DNA of 64,000 nt from Marsupella aquatica (Eukaryota; Plantae; Marchantiophyta): the NCBI GenBank assembly GCA_973895155.1, contig OZ316898.1:16227420-16291419 (forward strand). Reading direction: 5' to 3'. Of this stretch, positions 38,711-49,976 are shown one piece after another. Under the pieces are notes generated by a model. It ran no database searches and was not told the DNA's origin. It saw only the letters and a program-made list of their open reading frames with translations. Numbering within the stretch: position 1 is the stretch's first letter; every line of letters begins with the position of its first letter. A program made the position numbers and the translations under genes.

Positions 38711-41700
38711 TGTGATGCCTAGCCAGGAATCACTCAACCAGTTAAGTGGGTAAAGCAGGAGTGCACCCTAGAAACACCTTAGTATAGGGACAAAACAAGG
38801 AAAATATAAACAATTAGGGGCGACTATGGAACCCGGGCCGAGGCCGGAGGTAAGGACGCTGGGGGTGAAAACAAGATTAGGGTTAGGGCGAGCTAAGCAT
38901 CAGCGGCTAGGAAAGATCAACGGGAGAAAGGACCGGAAGAGGAGAGGGGTAAGGAGCGCTTGCAGGAGATGGTGGCTCATTTGCGAGCACGAACTAGGCA
39001 GACGACTACAGGAGGCCAACTACTGTCAGCTGCTTAGGCAAGCATGCGGGGTGGGAACAGATACCAACGATCGACTCAAGGAGGGTATGAGCAACATCAA
39101 TCAAGCGGCACATTTCTGGGGATGCCTGTTCGAATGGGCAACTGAGTACATCAAGACTTACAAGGACGAAGAATCAGAAAGGGCAGCTCGAGAACGACAA
39201 GAGCTCGCTCGATTGTGGGAGCTGCAGAACACGGCTTTCTTAGGAGGCAAACTCATCAACGCCGAGTTCTTGTGGACTCCTACTTCCAATCAGCTCAACG
39301 ATCTTCTGTTTTGTGAAGACAGAATCATCGGCATTCGAGAGGCCATCAAGAACTGCAACGACATACACTGGGAATTGAAGGGTAGCACGGAAAGGTGGAC
39401 CCCGGCAACGGTGCTAGGAGAAACCTCCACGGCAGCAGAGATGAAGAGGAAGGGAGCCGTGAACGATGAAGCCACCCCGGCAAAAAGAACGAGGTCGGCG
39501 GCACCAAGGAAGCCAGCTGAGCAGCAGAGCAGGAGGCAGGGAGAAGCCGAAGAGGAGGAGGACGATCCCATCAATGCCATTCCAACCAGGGATGACACCT
39601 GGAAGGGCTGGGCGGCAACCCTACCAGCGGAGGTGCAACTACATTTTGCACGGGAGGAGGATGCATGCTTTACGGCCATGCAGACCAAGAAGTACCAAGG
39701 CTTCATGGCCGGATCCGGCTTAGAGGCCTTTGTAAGATTACCATGGCTGAAGCCGGAGGTACCGGATTCAGACCTATTAGAATTCGTGGGGTCATGGGAA
39801 CCCAAGACCAATTGCACGAGGATATATGGGAAGGATTTCTATCTTACTCCCAAGGTGATTGCCGAAGTGTTTGGCTTGCCGATAGGTAATAAGACCAAAG
39901 TTGATACCAGGAAGACCTTGCCTGACAAGGAGTTCCGGTCGTTCCCCGGGCCATCAACGAAGAATGGCTTCTTCCGGAACACCTGCACCAACCCGCACAT
40001 AGGAGAGATGATCGACTTCTTGCGGGTGACCATGCATTGTAACTTGCCGAGGGCAGAGATCGGCAAGGCACAGGTCTATCTGGCAGAGAGGCCAGACCCA
40101 ATCCGGGACTACAATGGGTACCTCCTCAACCAATTGAAGAAGATCTTAAAGGAGGAGCAGCAGGTAATCGGCATGGGGAGCATGTCGCGGCTTGGCTATC
40201 ACATGCCGCTGTTGTGCCGGTATGCTAGAGGTCAGACCTTTGCCCCAGTACTTCCCCTGCAGGTAAGGGCACCCGAGGAAGCCCCAGCACCGAGGCCGGT
40301 AGCAGAGAAGCCTCAACCACCTGTTAGCCCTACGATCAAGCAAGTGTTTAGGGCAAGGACGGAGGACTTGCCGATGCAGCAACCAGGCATGCAGAATCTG
40401 CTGAAACTACTGGAGAAAGAGAAGAGATCGGCATTGGCAACGACAACGACAATGGCAACGGCAACAATGCAGGACACTGCCCCAGAGGTCAACCTAAGCA
40501 GAATCAGGCCAGAATCCAAGCCGAGTGTTCGAATGTACGTGGGAGTCTCAAGCTCTGAATCTGAGGCAGAATTGCCTGAAGCTCCTACCGACGAAGAAGA
40601 GAGGGAGAAGCCGGCAGTCCAAGAAGTAGAGGAGGCAGTGGAGGACTGCAGCCATGATAACTCCGGCTATGGGTCGGACCATCACGTTCCAGGAGTAAGG
40701 ACCTGTGGCCGGTTTATCCCCACACTTCCAAGGGTAGTACGAGGGGACCCCAACCAGCAGAGTAGCCCTGAGTCTCCCCCACCAGATGTTGCTCCCCCGA
40801 GCTTTGACGGCATAAAACAGACGGCGCAGGAATTTCAGGAGCGAATCAGGCAGGAAGAGGAGGCAGCCCTGGCCAGGGAAAAGGATTTGCCAGGAGGAGA
40901 TTGGCCGGAGGACATCAGGCGGCTAGCCGAAAAAGGAAGCAAACCTCTAGCCACGATTGAAGAGATCCGCAAGACGGCTTGGGAGTAGAGGCCGCGATGG
41001 GCGATACCGATCACTTCTACTTACTCCACCTACGCTAAGAATAGAGCCATGGAGTATGGTGAGATGTGTGGGGAACTTGCGCTTGGCATCTTTGGGGAGG
41101 AGTTGGAGGTAGGACCCTTTTTCCATAGGGAGTAGTTGGAAAAGAACCAATTAGAAGAAGCGGTGGCTTTAGAGAGAAGCAAGAAGGACGAGGTCATCCG
41201 GCGGCTTAGGAGGATGGAAGCCGAGATTGAAGATCTAAAGGCGGCCAAGAAAGCCCATGATGAACTGAGGATTAAGCGGCATGAGCTGAACATCATGCAG
41301 GGGCAATTGGACACAGCGCAGGCTGATAATCAGATTATCAAGGATAAACTGACTCAGACCCAGGGAGAATTGGCCGACGCAATCAAGGACAGGGAGAAAT
41401 GGAAGAAGGAGCTGAGAAACACAGAGGAGGCCCATATAGCAATCAACAACCGGGTCACGGCGGAGACTCAGAGAAGGGAGAGGGCGTTGAAGGGGGAGCT
41501 CGAGAAAATCCGCGGAGTCCTTGAGCAAAAGGAGGCCGAGTTAGGGAAATCCTATCAAGGGATTATTGCGCTACAGTAGGAGCTTGCGTCCCTGACGGCC
41601 AGCTTCAAGGCCGACCTGCGGGAGAAGGACGCCCAGCTCGACCAGACTTATGCCAAGATAAATAACATGGAGTCTGAGGTCGTAGCGGAGCTCGACAAGG

Positions 41701-43374
41701 AGCTAAGAGCAACACGGGAGGAGAGGGCTACCTTGAAGAAAGAACTGGAGGAAGCCCACAGGGAACGGGAGGAAGCCCAGAAGGAACTAGAGGAGGCGTG
41801 CAAGGACCTGGATGAGACCCAGGAGGAGTTGGAGGAACTCACGAGGAAGATGGAGAACCTACAGCGGCGGGCCGACAACCAAACAGAGCGGCTGAAGAAA
41901 CAAGCCGCAGTATTTAAGTGCTTGTCTTCATCAGGCCCAACTCCAATTGGGGCAACCAAGTTACCAGGAGTGGTACTGGCCGAAGAAAAAGCCGCGCCAC
42001 CTGCACCAGTGACGGAAGTAAGTGGGAAGGGGAAGGGACCAGCTGCCGAACCAGAAAAGAAGAAGAAGCGGAAACCTTCAGGGTCAAGGAGTAATACGAC
42101 TCCACTGGCCGTGGTGACCAAGGAGGTAAACCCAACACCAACCTCCGGCATGAACACGGCAATAGATTCCGCTATCACCAAAGGTGGGGATGGCGCGGCC
42201 CAAGCCAGACTACTCAATAATGAGGCCGGTATCCCAGATCCACCTCTTGAGCAGGTCGGGGAGACAGTGGCTGAAGCCGAGGCCGAGGCCGTAGCCGAGA
42301 ATGATTCCCGAGCCGATGCCGAAGCCGAGGGTGGGCCCAGTCATGCCAAAAAGTTGACTCGGTCAGAGGCAGGTAATCTGTCAGAGGACGGACCAACGGC
42401 AGTGGTTGCAGAGGAAGCATTGGGGGCGTCCATTGAGGATCCACCACCGGTGTCGTGACGGTGCAAGGGCGCCATTCCTTTTAGGAAAGGCGGACGTGGA
42501 GGTAGGAGGCGTGAATGGGCAGGGCGGGCGCTGATCTCCAAGTTTAGGATTAGGATCAGGACCAGGAGCGGCCCTGACACTTAGCTTAGTGGGATTGCGG
42601 TTCCACTGGTAGGAGCAACACTTGTGCTCCTGCCTTGCTGTACATAGGTAGTTTCGGGAAGGTAGATTACTGTTAGGTAGATTAGGCTTACGCTGCAAAG
42701 AATTAGGCGGATCCACTACCAGGATAAGTACCTGGGCAGCGGGGAGCTCAGGGCCTCTTCTTTAGCAAGTTTTTAGTTTGCACCAGCCGGGTTGGGATCA
42801 AGTAGTAAGAGAAGCTCTCGGTTAGTCATACCGTGACCTTGTGTATATTCATGTTTCCTCATGCCTAAGAGCTGAATAGAGTTGGCCTCACGGCTTAGTT
42901 CGTAGAGCTTGTGTATGAGATGTACTGTTTGTATGGCAAGTGCATGGTATGACTCAGTCAGAAGGAGTCATTTTGCTATTTGTGTGTCGCATTAACTTGT
43001 GTGAAGAGTGCCCACATCTACCAGAAGGAAGGAAAGTAAACAAGGGAGTGAGAGTTGGATGTGTCGAGCTGAGAGAGGTCTTAGCGGCTTAACCAAGCCT
43101 ATTGGGGATCATTCCGGCGGCGGAATCCAAACATACCTAACCAGAAGGAGAGGAAGACAAGGGAAGGCCTAGATTAGGCCGGCTACGTATCTCATGACCC
43201 GATGAAGGATCTGTCCAGTATATGTGGGTAAAAGGCTAATAGTAATAGTAGGAGGAGGTTAGCAGCGTCCCATGCCGCTAAGCCGCGGAAATGGCCTCGC
43301 CAAGCGCGAAACCTGTGGGAATCGGCTTGAGCTGGGGGGTTTCTTGGGTTTAGGGAGCCATGGGACGCACCACA
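38711..43374 (+). mobile_element. Complete 4,664-bp solo LTR (X3) inserted in the RT-RNase H linker of Y
   Basis: TGTGATGC...GCACCACA termini; TSD CCTCT at 38706-38710 and 43375-43379; removal restores host ...LKQMLVEAPVMIAPDW; both ends match the LTR remnants of Y. Confidence 0.95.
38826..42458 (+). pseudogene. LTR-encoded accessory protein (1,210 codons in one frame, 3 internal TAG); PMD/Transposase_32-like domain, acidic/Pro-rich linker, long coiled coil, NLS-like KKKKRK
   Basis: ORFs 38826-40988, 41136-41579 and 41667-42458 share a frame; GLEAFVRLPW...LLEFVGSW...IYGKDFYLTPKVIAEVFGLP pattern; probable true start is ATG 39087; TATAAA at 38805-38810. Confidence 0.8.
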
Positions 43375-45628
43375 CCTCTACTAACATCTGCTTCAATTCC
43401 ACCACCGCTGTCACTCGCTCTGGTGTGGGTTCGAAGTTTGCACCTGCCTTGAGCATGTTGGTTAATAGTAAAGCTAGCTTGGCAAAATCCTTGATGAACC
43501 GGCGATAATAACCAATGCAACCCAAGAAGGATCTCACATCCTTTATGTTCTTAGGTTGCATGATATCTAGCCACACTGCTAGCTTACCCTTATCAATCTC
43601 AATGCCCTTTTTTGATACCTTGTGACCTAGTAGCACACCTTCTGTTACTGCAAAGAAACATTTATCTGGGTGTAACTTGAGGCCTACCTCTCTGCATCTC
43701 ATGAAGGTTTTCCTAAGGTATTTAGCATGGTTCGATGCCTTCCCAAATATTGCAAAGTCATCAATGAAGATTTCCATGAATTTTCTCAAGTAGTCATGAA
43801 AAATGTTCACCATTAATCGTTGGAACATAGCTGGTGCATTACAGAGTCCAAACGGCATACGTTGAAGACATAGATCCCCCATTCCGTGATGAAGGCTGTC
43901 TTGATTTGGTCCTCCTGCCTAATCCTGATTTGGTTATAACCAGAGTATCCATCCATGAATGAGTACAGTTCATGACTGGCTACCATGTCTAGTACCATAT
44001 CAGTAAAGGGTAAGGGAAAATGGTCTTTTAACGTAGCCTCATTCAACTTCCTGTAATCCTGACAAACCCAGATCTTTGGTTTACCATTGGGTCCAGCTTT
44101 CTTGGGAACTATCACAATTGGAGACACCCAGTCTGAATGCAGGACTGGAGTGATGAATCCGGCTTCCACTAGTTTATCGATTTCAGCCTTGACCATCAGA
44201 GAATACTTAGGGTTCATCCATCGAATTGGTTGTCGAAATGATTTGGCCCCTAACATGAGATCGATTCGGTGTTCTCCTAGTTTTGGGTCTACTCCCTTCA
44301 GATCTTGGTGACTCCATGCGAACACATCCTGAAATTCAATTAGTAATTCACTGATCTCTTTCTCAAGCTCAGGTGCTAGATCCCGCCCCAAGTTCAGTTC
44401 CCTTCCTTCTCCTAAGTCTAGCTTCCGGTATTGCCGTGCTTGGATCATATTAATCTGCTTCTTCAAATTCGGGTCCAACTCGGCTTCCAGCCTCTCCAGT
44501 CTCATACCTCCATAGACTGGAATCTCGGCAGTACTAGCCGAGTTGGTTGACTTAGGTTCTCCCTGGTTATTAACAGACTGTTCCCTTACCGTTCTGCTTG
44601 GTTTTGAATTGGTTGTTGGCTCCCCTTCCTGACTCGACTCTGGTTTCTTCCCGTGCATCTTATCTATTCTTGCTTCCTGAGGGTCAGGCCATCGTGCTCT
44701 TCCGGCTTCTAGCAGGGCCTGAATTTGTTCTGCCCTTGTGATCGGCTTGTAAGCCGATCCCTTGGTATTTAATTTTTTGCCGATGATAGACAGCGTTGTG
44801 GATCCTGTCGGCTCTGCCACAACGCCCGAGGAAAATCCACTGTCTTTGGTGTAGCTCCCCACTTAGCCGTTTCATCTAGCCGATCCGCCTCTTGTGTCTC
44901 TTCCGGAATTGAAGCTAAAAATGTTGACTCTATGGCAAAGCAATCCTCGGTCTCTTGTTCACCTTCCTCCAGGTTACTCTCCATAGGTTCGTGCCATAGT
45001 CCGCTGGGGGGCACTTCCGGTCCAAATACATTTTCTTTGGTTAGGTCAGTGAGGCATTCTAGCCAACGTACTTCATCGGCTAACTCCAGTCCACTGTCGT
45101 ACCCATCTACTTCCCTGATGCTTTTCCTGCGGTCATCCTTGGTGTCCCAGGATACCGTGATAGATGGGGTCCCAAAGGTGAACCCCAATCTTCTATTACT
45201 TTGGCTAGGTACAGCCATGGCCTGCCAATTAATAGCCGGAATGACGTAGGGTTTACCGGCTTCATTACTACATAGTTAATGCTAAAGAAGATTCCTCCTA
45301 TCTCAGTCTTGATGCCGGTTAACACTCCCGTCGGAATGACCTGATACCCATTGGCCATGTTTAACACTCTTCCAGTCATCTCCGGCGTTAGACCCCATCC
45401 TTTTGCTGTTGAATCAATCATAATACATACCCCGGATCCTCCATCAATGGGTACTCGCAATAATATTTCTCCTTGAATCATTAATGGTAATGCTGGGGCT
45501 CCTTGATCTTCTTCTATCATCAGCACATCGGATTTGGTTGCTACCTTGGGTAATCTCGGCTTGCCAAGAATCGCCTTCCTTAACTGCTTCCGGAAGTACG
45601 GGCTATTTTTCAAGTTGACCTATGGTAA

Positions 45629-47470
45629 TGGTAATGGTAATGGTAATGTATTATAAGCTCCGGGACCATGAAAGTCAAAGGAGCTGCCACAAAAAGTAAA
45701 GTACAATGCAATCAAAGAAAAGAGCAACCAAAAGAGATTGCTCAGAAGAGGACAACTATGTCCTCAAAGAAACTATGGACCTAGAGAGCCCTATGGACCT
45801 AGAGTGCCCTGAAAGATTTTCCAAACCTATTCTCCTTTCCCTATCCACCGCAAAGATATATCTTCCAAGTTGCTGAGGGGGCAGACCAAACAATGCATAC
45901 AAATCTTTCACCAAGATTTGAGATGCCATCCTAACCCCCTCATAAAACTTGCAAGCAATGAATACATGATATTCATTCTCTATACTAGAGCTATCACATA
46001 GTTGACAAACCCTCTTTTTCCTGTCAATATCCTTCCATCTCCCTTGTTCTACTTCAAGGTGGTGTGAGCTTAGTCTATACTGAGCAATAAGTTGTCTAAG
46101 TTGTACTGAGATAGTGCTAGATAAGTATTCTTGTTCTCGATATTTCTTCATGGGGTTCACATCTCTCATGTAGTATTGCTGCCGTGGGCTAGGTTCCTGC
46201 CAAAGTTTGTGCAAAGCCTTTTGCTCAAGTTTTGCTCTTAGCTTGGTTGGGTGTGTTGGCCATTCATGTTCAGGAAAATCCCAAGCATGGGCCCACCTGC
46301 ACACATCTGCATACCACCCTTTAGCTGAAGATGAGCGCAAGGCATGAAAAGGAAATCTGTTTTCCTCCAACTCTCTTACACGCATGATGTATTTGAGTGT
46401 GTGGAAGAGTGCCTCCACCTCCAAAGGAAACAAGCCTGCCTCTACAAGTGTAAGTGCATATGGGGTTTGTGACTTGATCCCAAGCTCCATCTCAAGAAAT
46501 AGCTTTTGCAGCCCCTCAATCTGTTGCCACCCAGATTTAGACACACCTGCTCCCCAAATTGGTGCTCCATAAAGAATGACTGGTTTCACCAAAGCTCCAA
46601 AGAGATGTTTCCTTAACCTCCAAGTGTGTAGACCAGCTCTTTTGCATTTGTTCATGAATGCATAAAAAGCTCTGTACCCATTGGCAGCCCTAGATTTTAC
46701 ACATGAGGCCCAACTCAAGTTTTGAGAGAACTCCACCCCAAGGTATTTGTAGGTCCTCACAAATTCCACCAGATTCCCTTGGAAGTAGAGCTCTGGATTT
46801 TGTCGTGTGCCAATGCCCAAACACTTGGTCTTCTTGAGGTTGACTACCATCCCTGTTGCTTGACAAAACTCCTCCAAGGCATTGAGATGTCTTTGCAAAG
46901 CTTCTTGAGCATGAGCAAGTAGGACCACATCATCTACAAATATAAGAAGTTGGAGGACAAACCTACCCAATTGAGTGCCAACTCCACCATGCTCCTCCAA
47001 AATGTTGTGTAGCTGATCAATGAAGATGCCAAAGAGAGTTGGTGAGAGAGGACAACCTTGGATCACCCCAAGAGTGCTCCAGATTTCTTCAGAGGTTTCC
47101 TTTGAAAGTTTGATGCGCACTTCTTGGTACAATTTAGAAACAGCCAACCTGAGCTCTTCAGGCACTTCCAACTCCACCATCCTATCCCAAAGTTTGGATC
47201 GGGAAACTTTGTCAAAGGCCTTGGAGAAGTCCACAAACAAGCAAAATAATGGTTTATGTGGAGATTTGGCCTTTTCACACAACACCCTCAAGCAGAGAAT
47301 GTGATCCATAATGCTGAATTCTCTCCTAAAACCTGCTTGTGAAGGTGCCCTTTTCATCTCACTCTCCAACCAAGAGCTTAATCTGGCTTCAAGTAGTCCT
47401 CCCAAAACTTTAGCAAAAGTATTGCCTACCATGATGGTTCTGTAGTTGTGCACATCGTCCTTGTTGCCTG
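45629..47470 (-). mobile_element. 5'-truncated RTEX-like LINE (RT, C-terminal CCHC, (ATTACC)n tail) inserted in Y
   Basis: NYRTIMV, QAGFR, FVDFSKAFDKV, QGCPLSP, FVDD, YKYLG, YRLSSHHLEVEQGRW, CQLC...H...C; stop at 45756; four ATGGTA units on + at 45622-45645. Confidence 0.9.
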
Positions 47471-49976
47471 TCGAGACTCTAGATTCTAGCACATCTTTAG
47501 CCAGGTCATAGGGAACTATCGGCTTCTCTTCTGGCGGTGTCTTCATCATGGATTCGGCCTGTTTTTCCACGCTGGTCTCCACAGCCATTGGATCCTCCGA
47601 AGCAAACAACGCTTTTGCTCGTTTCACATCCTTGGCTATAGCTTTGGTATTCTCCAGGGTTTCTAATTCTCGCAATTGTTTCTTAACACTAGCCATAATA
47701 GAGGGGTAGAACAACTTGGGGTGATCTTGATTGAAGTCGCTATCCTGTGAAGGATTGGGCTCATGGGTGGGCCCGTGGCTTACCTGTGTTGTCGGCGCCT
47801 TTCCTTCCCCTTCTGTTGATGTTGACGAAGAGTCGATTCTTTCTTCCTTATCCTTCCCTTTATTTTTGGCCAGCCCATCCCACCTTTCCTTCCTTCTGGT
47901 AGATCGAGTAGAGACCCGGTAGCAATCATGATCCAAATCCTCCTCTGAGAAGGTTGATAGGGCCTCGGCCTCATCATCGGATGGTCCGAACTCTGCTTCG
48001 GTATCTGTTTGCCATCCGAGTTCGATGTGGTTGATTTGAACTCCTCCGGGGGTAGTACCTGGCGGTAAAACCTTGACTGGCAAGAGCTTATGATTTGCGG
48101 CCAGGCTTGCCAACCAAGTAGGACATTGTCCTAGCATGTGACCCTCTTGTTGGCATCCCATACATAGCTGAGCTGGTTGTCCATCACCTTGTTTGCATGC
48201 ATTCGGGCATTCTCTAGCAAAATGACCAGGTTGACCACAATTATAGCATGTCGCAAATCTTTGCACATTCGGCCTAGGAGGTACTGACGGATTCTGAATA
48301 ATCCGTGGATACATCTCTCCCGGATTGTTCCTTAATCCTGACCAGAGAGATGCAGGTCGGTTGGATAGATCTCGTGCTCCAGTCTCACTGATGCCAAAAA
48401 CACTATGAGCGGCATCCCCTAAAAAGTACTCTACTTCTCCCTGACATGGTCGAGCCTCAGCCACATGCCGAACATGACTAGTATTAAGTTTAGGACACGC
48501 ATCTTTATGGTGTCCGGTTTTATAACATAAGGCACACCATACAAAGCTATCCTCCTGTACTACCTTCTTCTTCGATTTTACCTCTGCTATTATAGCCTTA
48601 AGTTGCTCGGTAAGGGCTACGATGTTATCTGGTGTTTTAGCCTCTAGTTTGACTTTTATCTGTCCCCTCCTTCTGCCCTTCCTTTTCCTAGTTTTTTCTT
48701 CTTCAGAACTAGAAGATGACTCACTCTTGCTACTCCCACTATCCGAGCTTGAGTTATCACTTCTTGACTTCTTAGAATGTTTCTTTTTCTTATCTTTTTT
48801 CTTATGGGGTGATCCTTCCTCCGATGAGGAACTCTCAGACTTAAGCTATTTCTTCCGGCTTGTGATATCTGCATTAATGTATAATTGCATATCCTTAATT
48901 GCCTCGGCTAAAGTCTCTGGGTTCTCCTTCCTAATTTCAAAACTCATCTTCTATGGCAAAGCATTCACTAACCATTGAAGTTGCATACCTTCAGATGCAT
49001 TGGTCTTTGTACGTCTTACCAGCTTTTGGAAGCGTTGCAAGAACTTCCTGAAGGATTTGTTCTCCTTGAACCGAAGTCATCCCAACTTCAGCACTGCTAA
49101 CTCTGAAGTTCCAATGGGTCAAAACTCCTTGACAAATAGTGATCTAAAAGTATTCCAGATGGCTTGATCTTCCACGTCCAATGCTCTGTACCAAGGCCTA
49201 GCCTCATCTTTGAACAGGCCGGGAAGAATTTGCATCTCGATGGCCGATTCTCCATTTGCTGCAGAGGTTCCTTCGAAGTCATCCAACCATTCGTCCGGAT
49301 CCTCATCCCCTCTTCCATGAAAGGCCTTGTAATGAATACGCGACCGTTGGCTTGGTCTGGTCCCTGGCCTCTCGTCTGGCCGTGCCTCTGGTTCCCCCAT
49401 GTCGGTTGGAGACTCACTTCTCCTTACCGACCCTTCTTCTGGTATGTCTTCTTTGATGCCACTTTCAGTTACAGAGCTACTAGCTCTTTCTGCCCCTCTC
49501 AGTCGTTGTGTATCATGCCACCCGGCGAGCTGCTGCAGACGAGCTCTCTCCCATTGAATCGCTCTTTCCTCTCTCGGCGTAGGTTTAGTCATTACCCACG
49601 CTTCCTTCCTAACTTCATATCTCACGGCTTAAGAAATGCCCCCTCCGTCCCATGGTTCCCCAAACCCAAGAAACCCCCTTGCTCAAGCCGATTCCCGCAG
49701 GTTTTGTCCTTGGCGAGGCCATTTCCGCGGCTTAGTGGCATGGGACGCTGCTAACTCTCCTTCAACTACTATTATTAACATTTTACACACATATACTGGA
49801 CAGATCCTTCATCGGGTCATGAGATACTTAGCCGGCCTAATCTAGGCCCTCCCTTGTATTCCTCTCCTGGTCTTCCATTAGGTATGTTTGGATTCCGCCG
49901 CCGGAATGATCCCCAATTGGCTTGGTTAAGCTGCTAAGACCTCTCTCAGCTCGACGGACCGGACTACAAGGTTAGT

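Larger units (their letters stand above)
36920..49955 (-). mobile_element. Gypsy element Y (non-chromovirus, Athila/Tat-like): gag-PR-RT-RH-INT with remnants of both giant LTRs
   Basis: gag 49119-49625; CCHC knuckles ~48110-48250 and ~48500-48540; protease IDGGSG 45107-45613; RT DYRKLN...FMDGYSGYNQ...MPFGLCNAP...FIDD 43380-44300; RNase H 38050-38697; integrase 36966-38037; PPT AAGTGGGGAGCTA next to the 3' LTR stub 36920-36977; 5' LTR U5 remnant 49646-49955. Confidence 0.95.

Noticed and set aside
38826-42458. env gene or host myosin/SMC-like gene
   Set aside because: No signal peptide or transmembrane segment is visible; the coiled coil is generic and the ORF lies within LTR boundaries.
43060-43374. 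Hammerhead ribozyme (retrozyme) in the LTR
   Set aside because: Only CCGATGA is present, not a CTGAnGA/GAAA core with supporting helices.
49626-49645. PBS of element Y
   Set aside because: The LTR's last 7 nt and any TGG-starting tRNA complement are missing; probably deleted.
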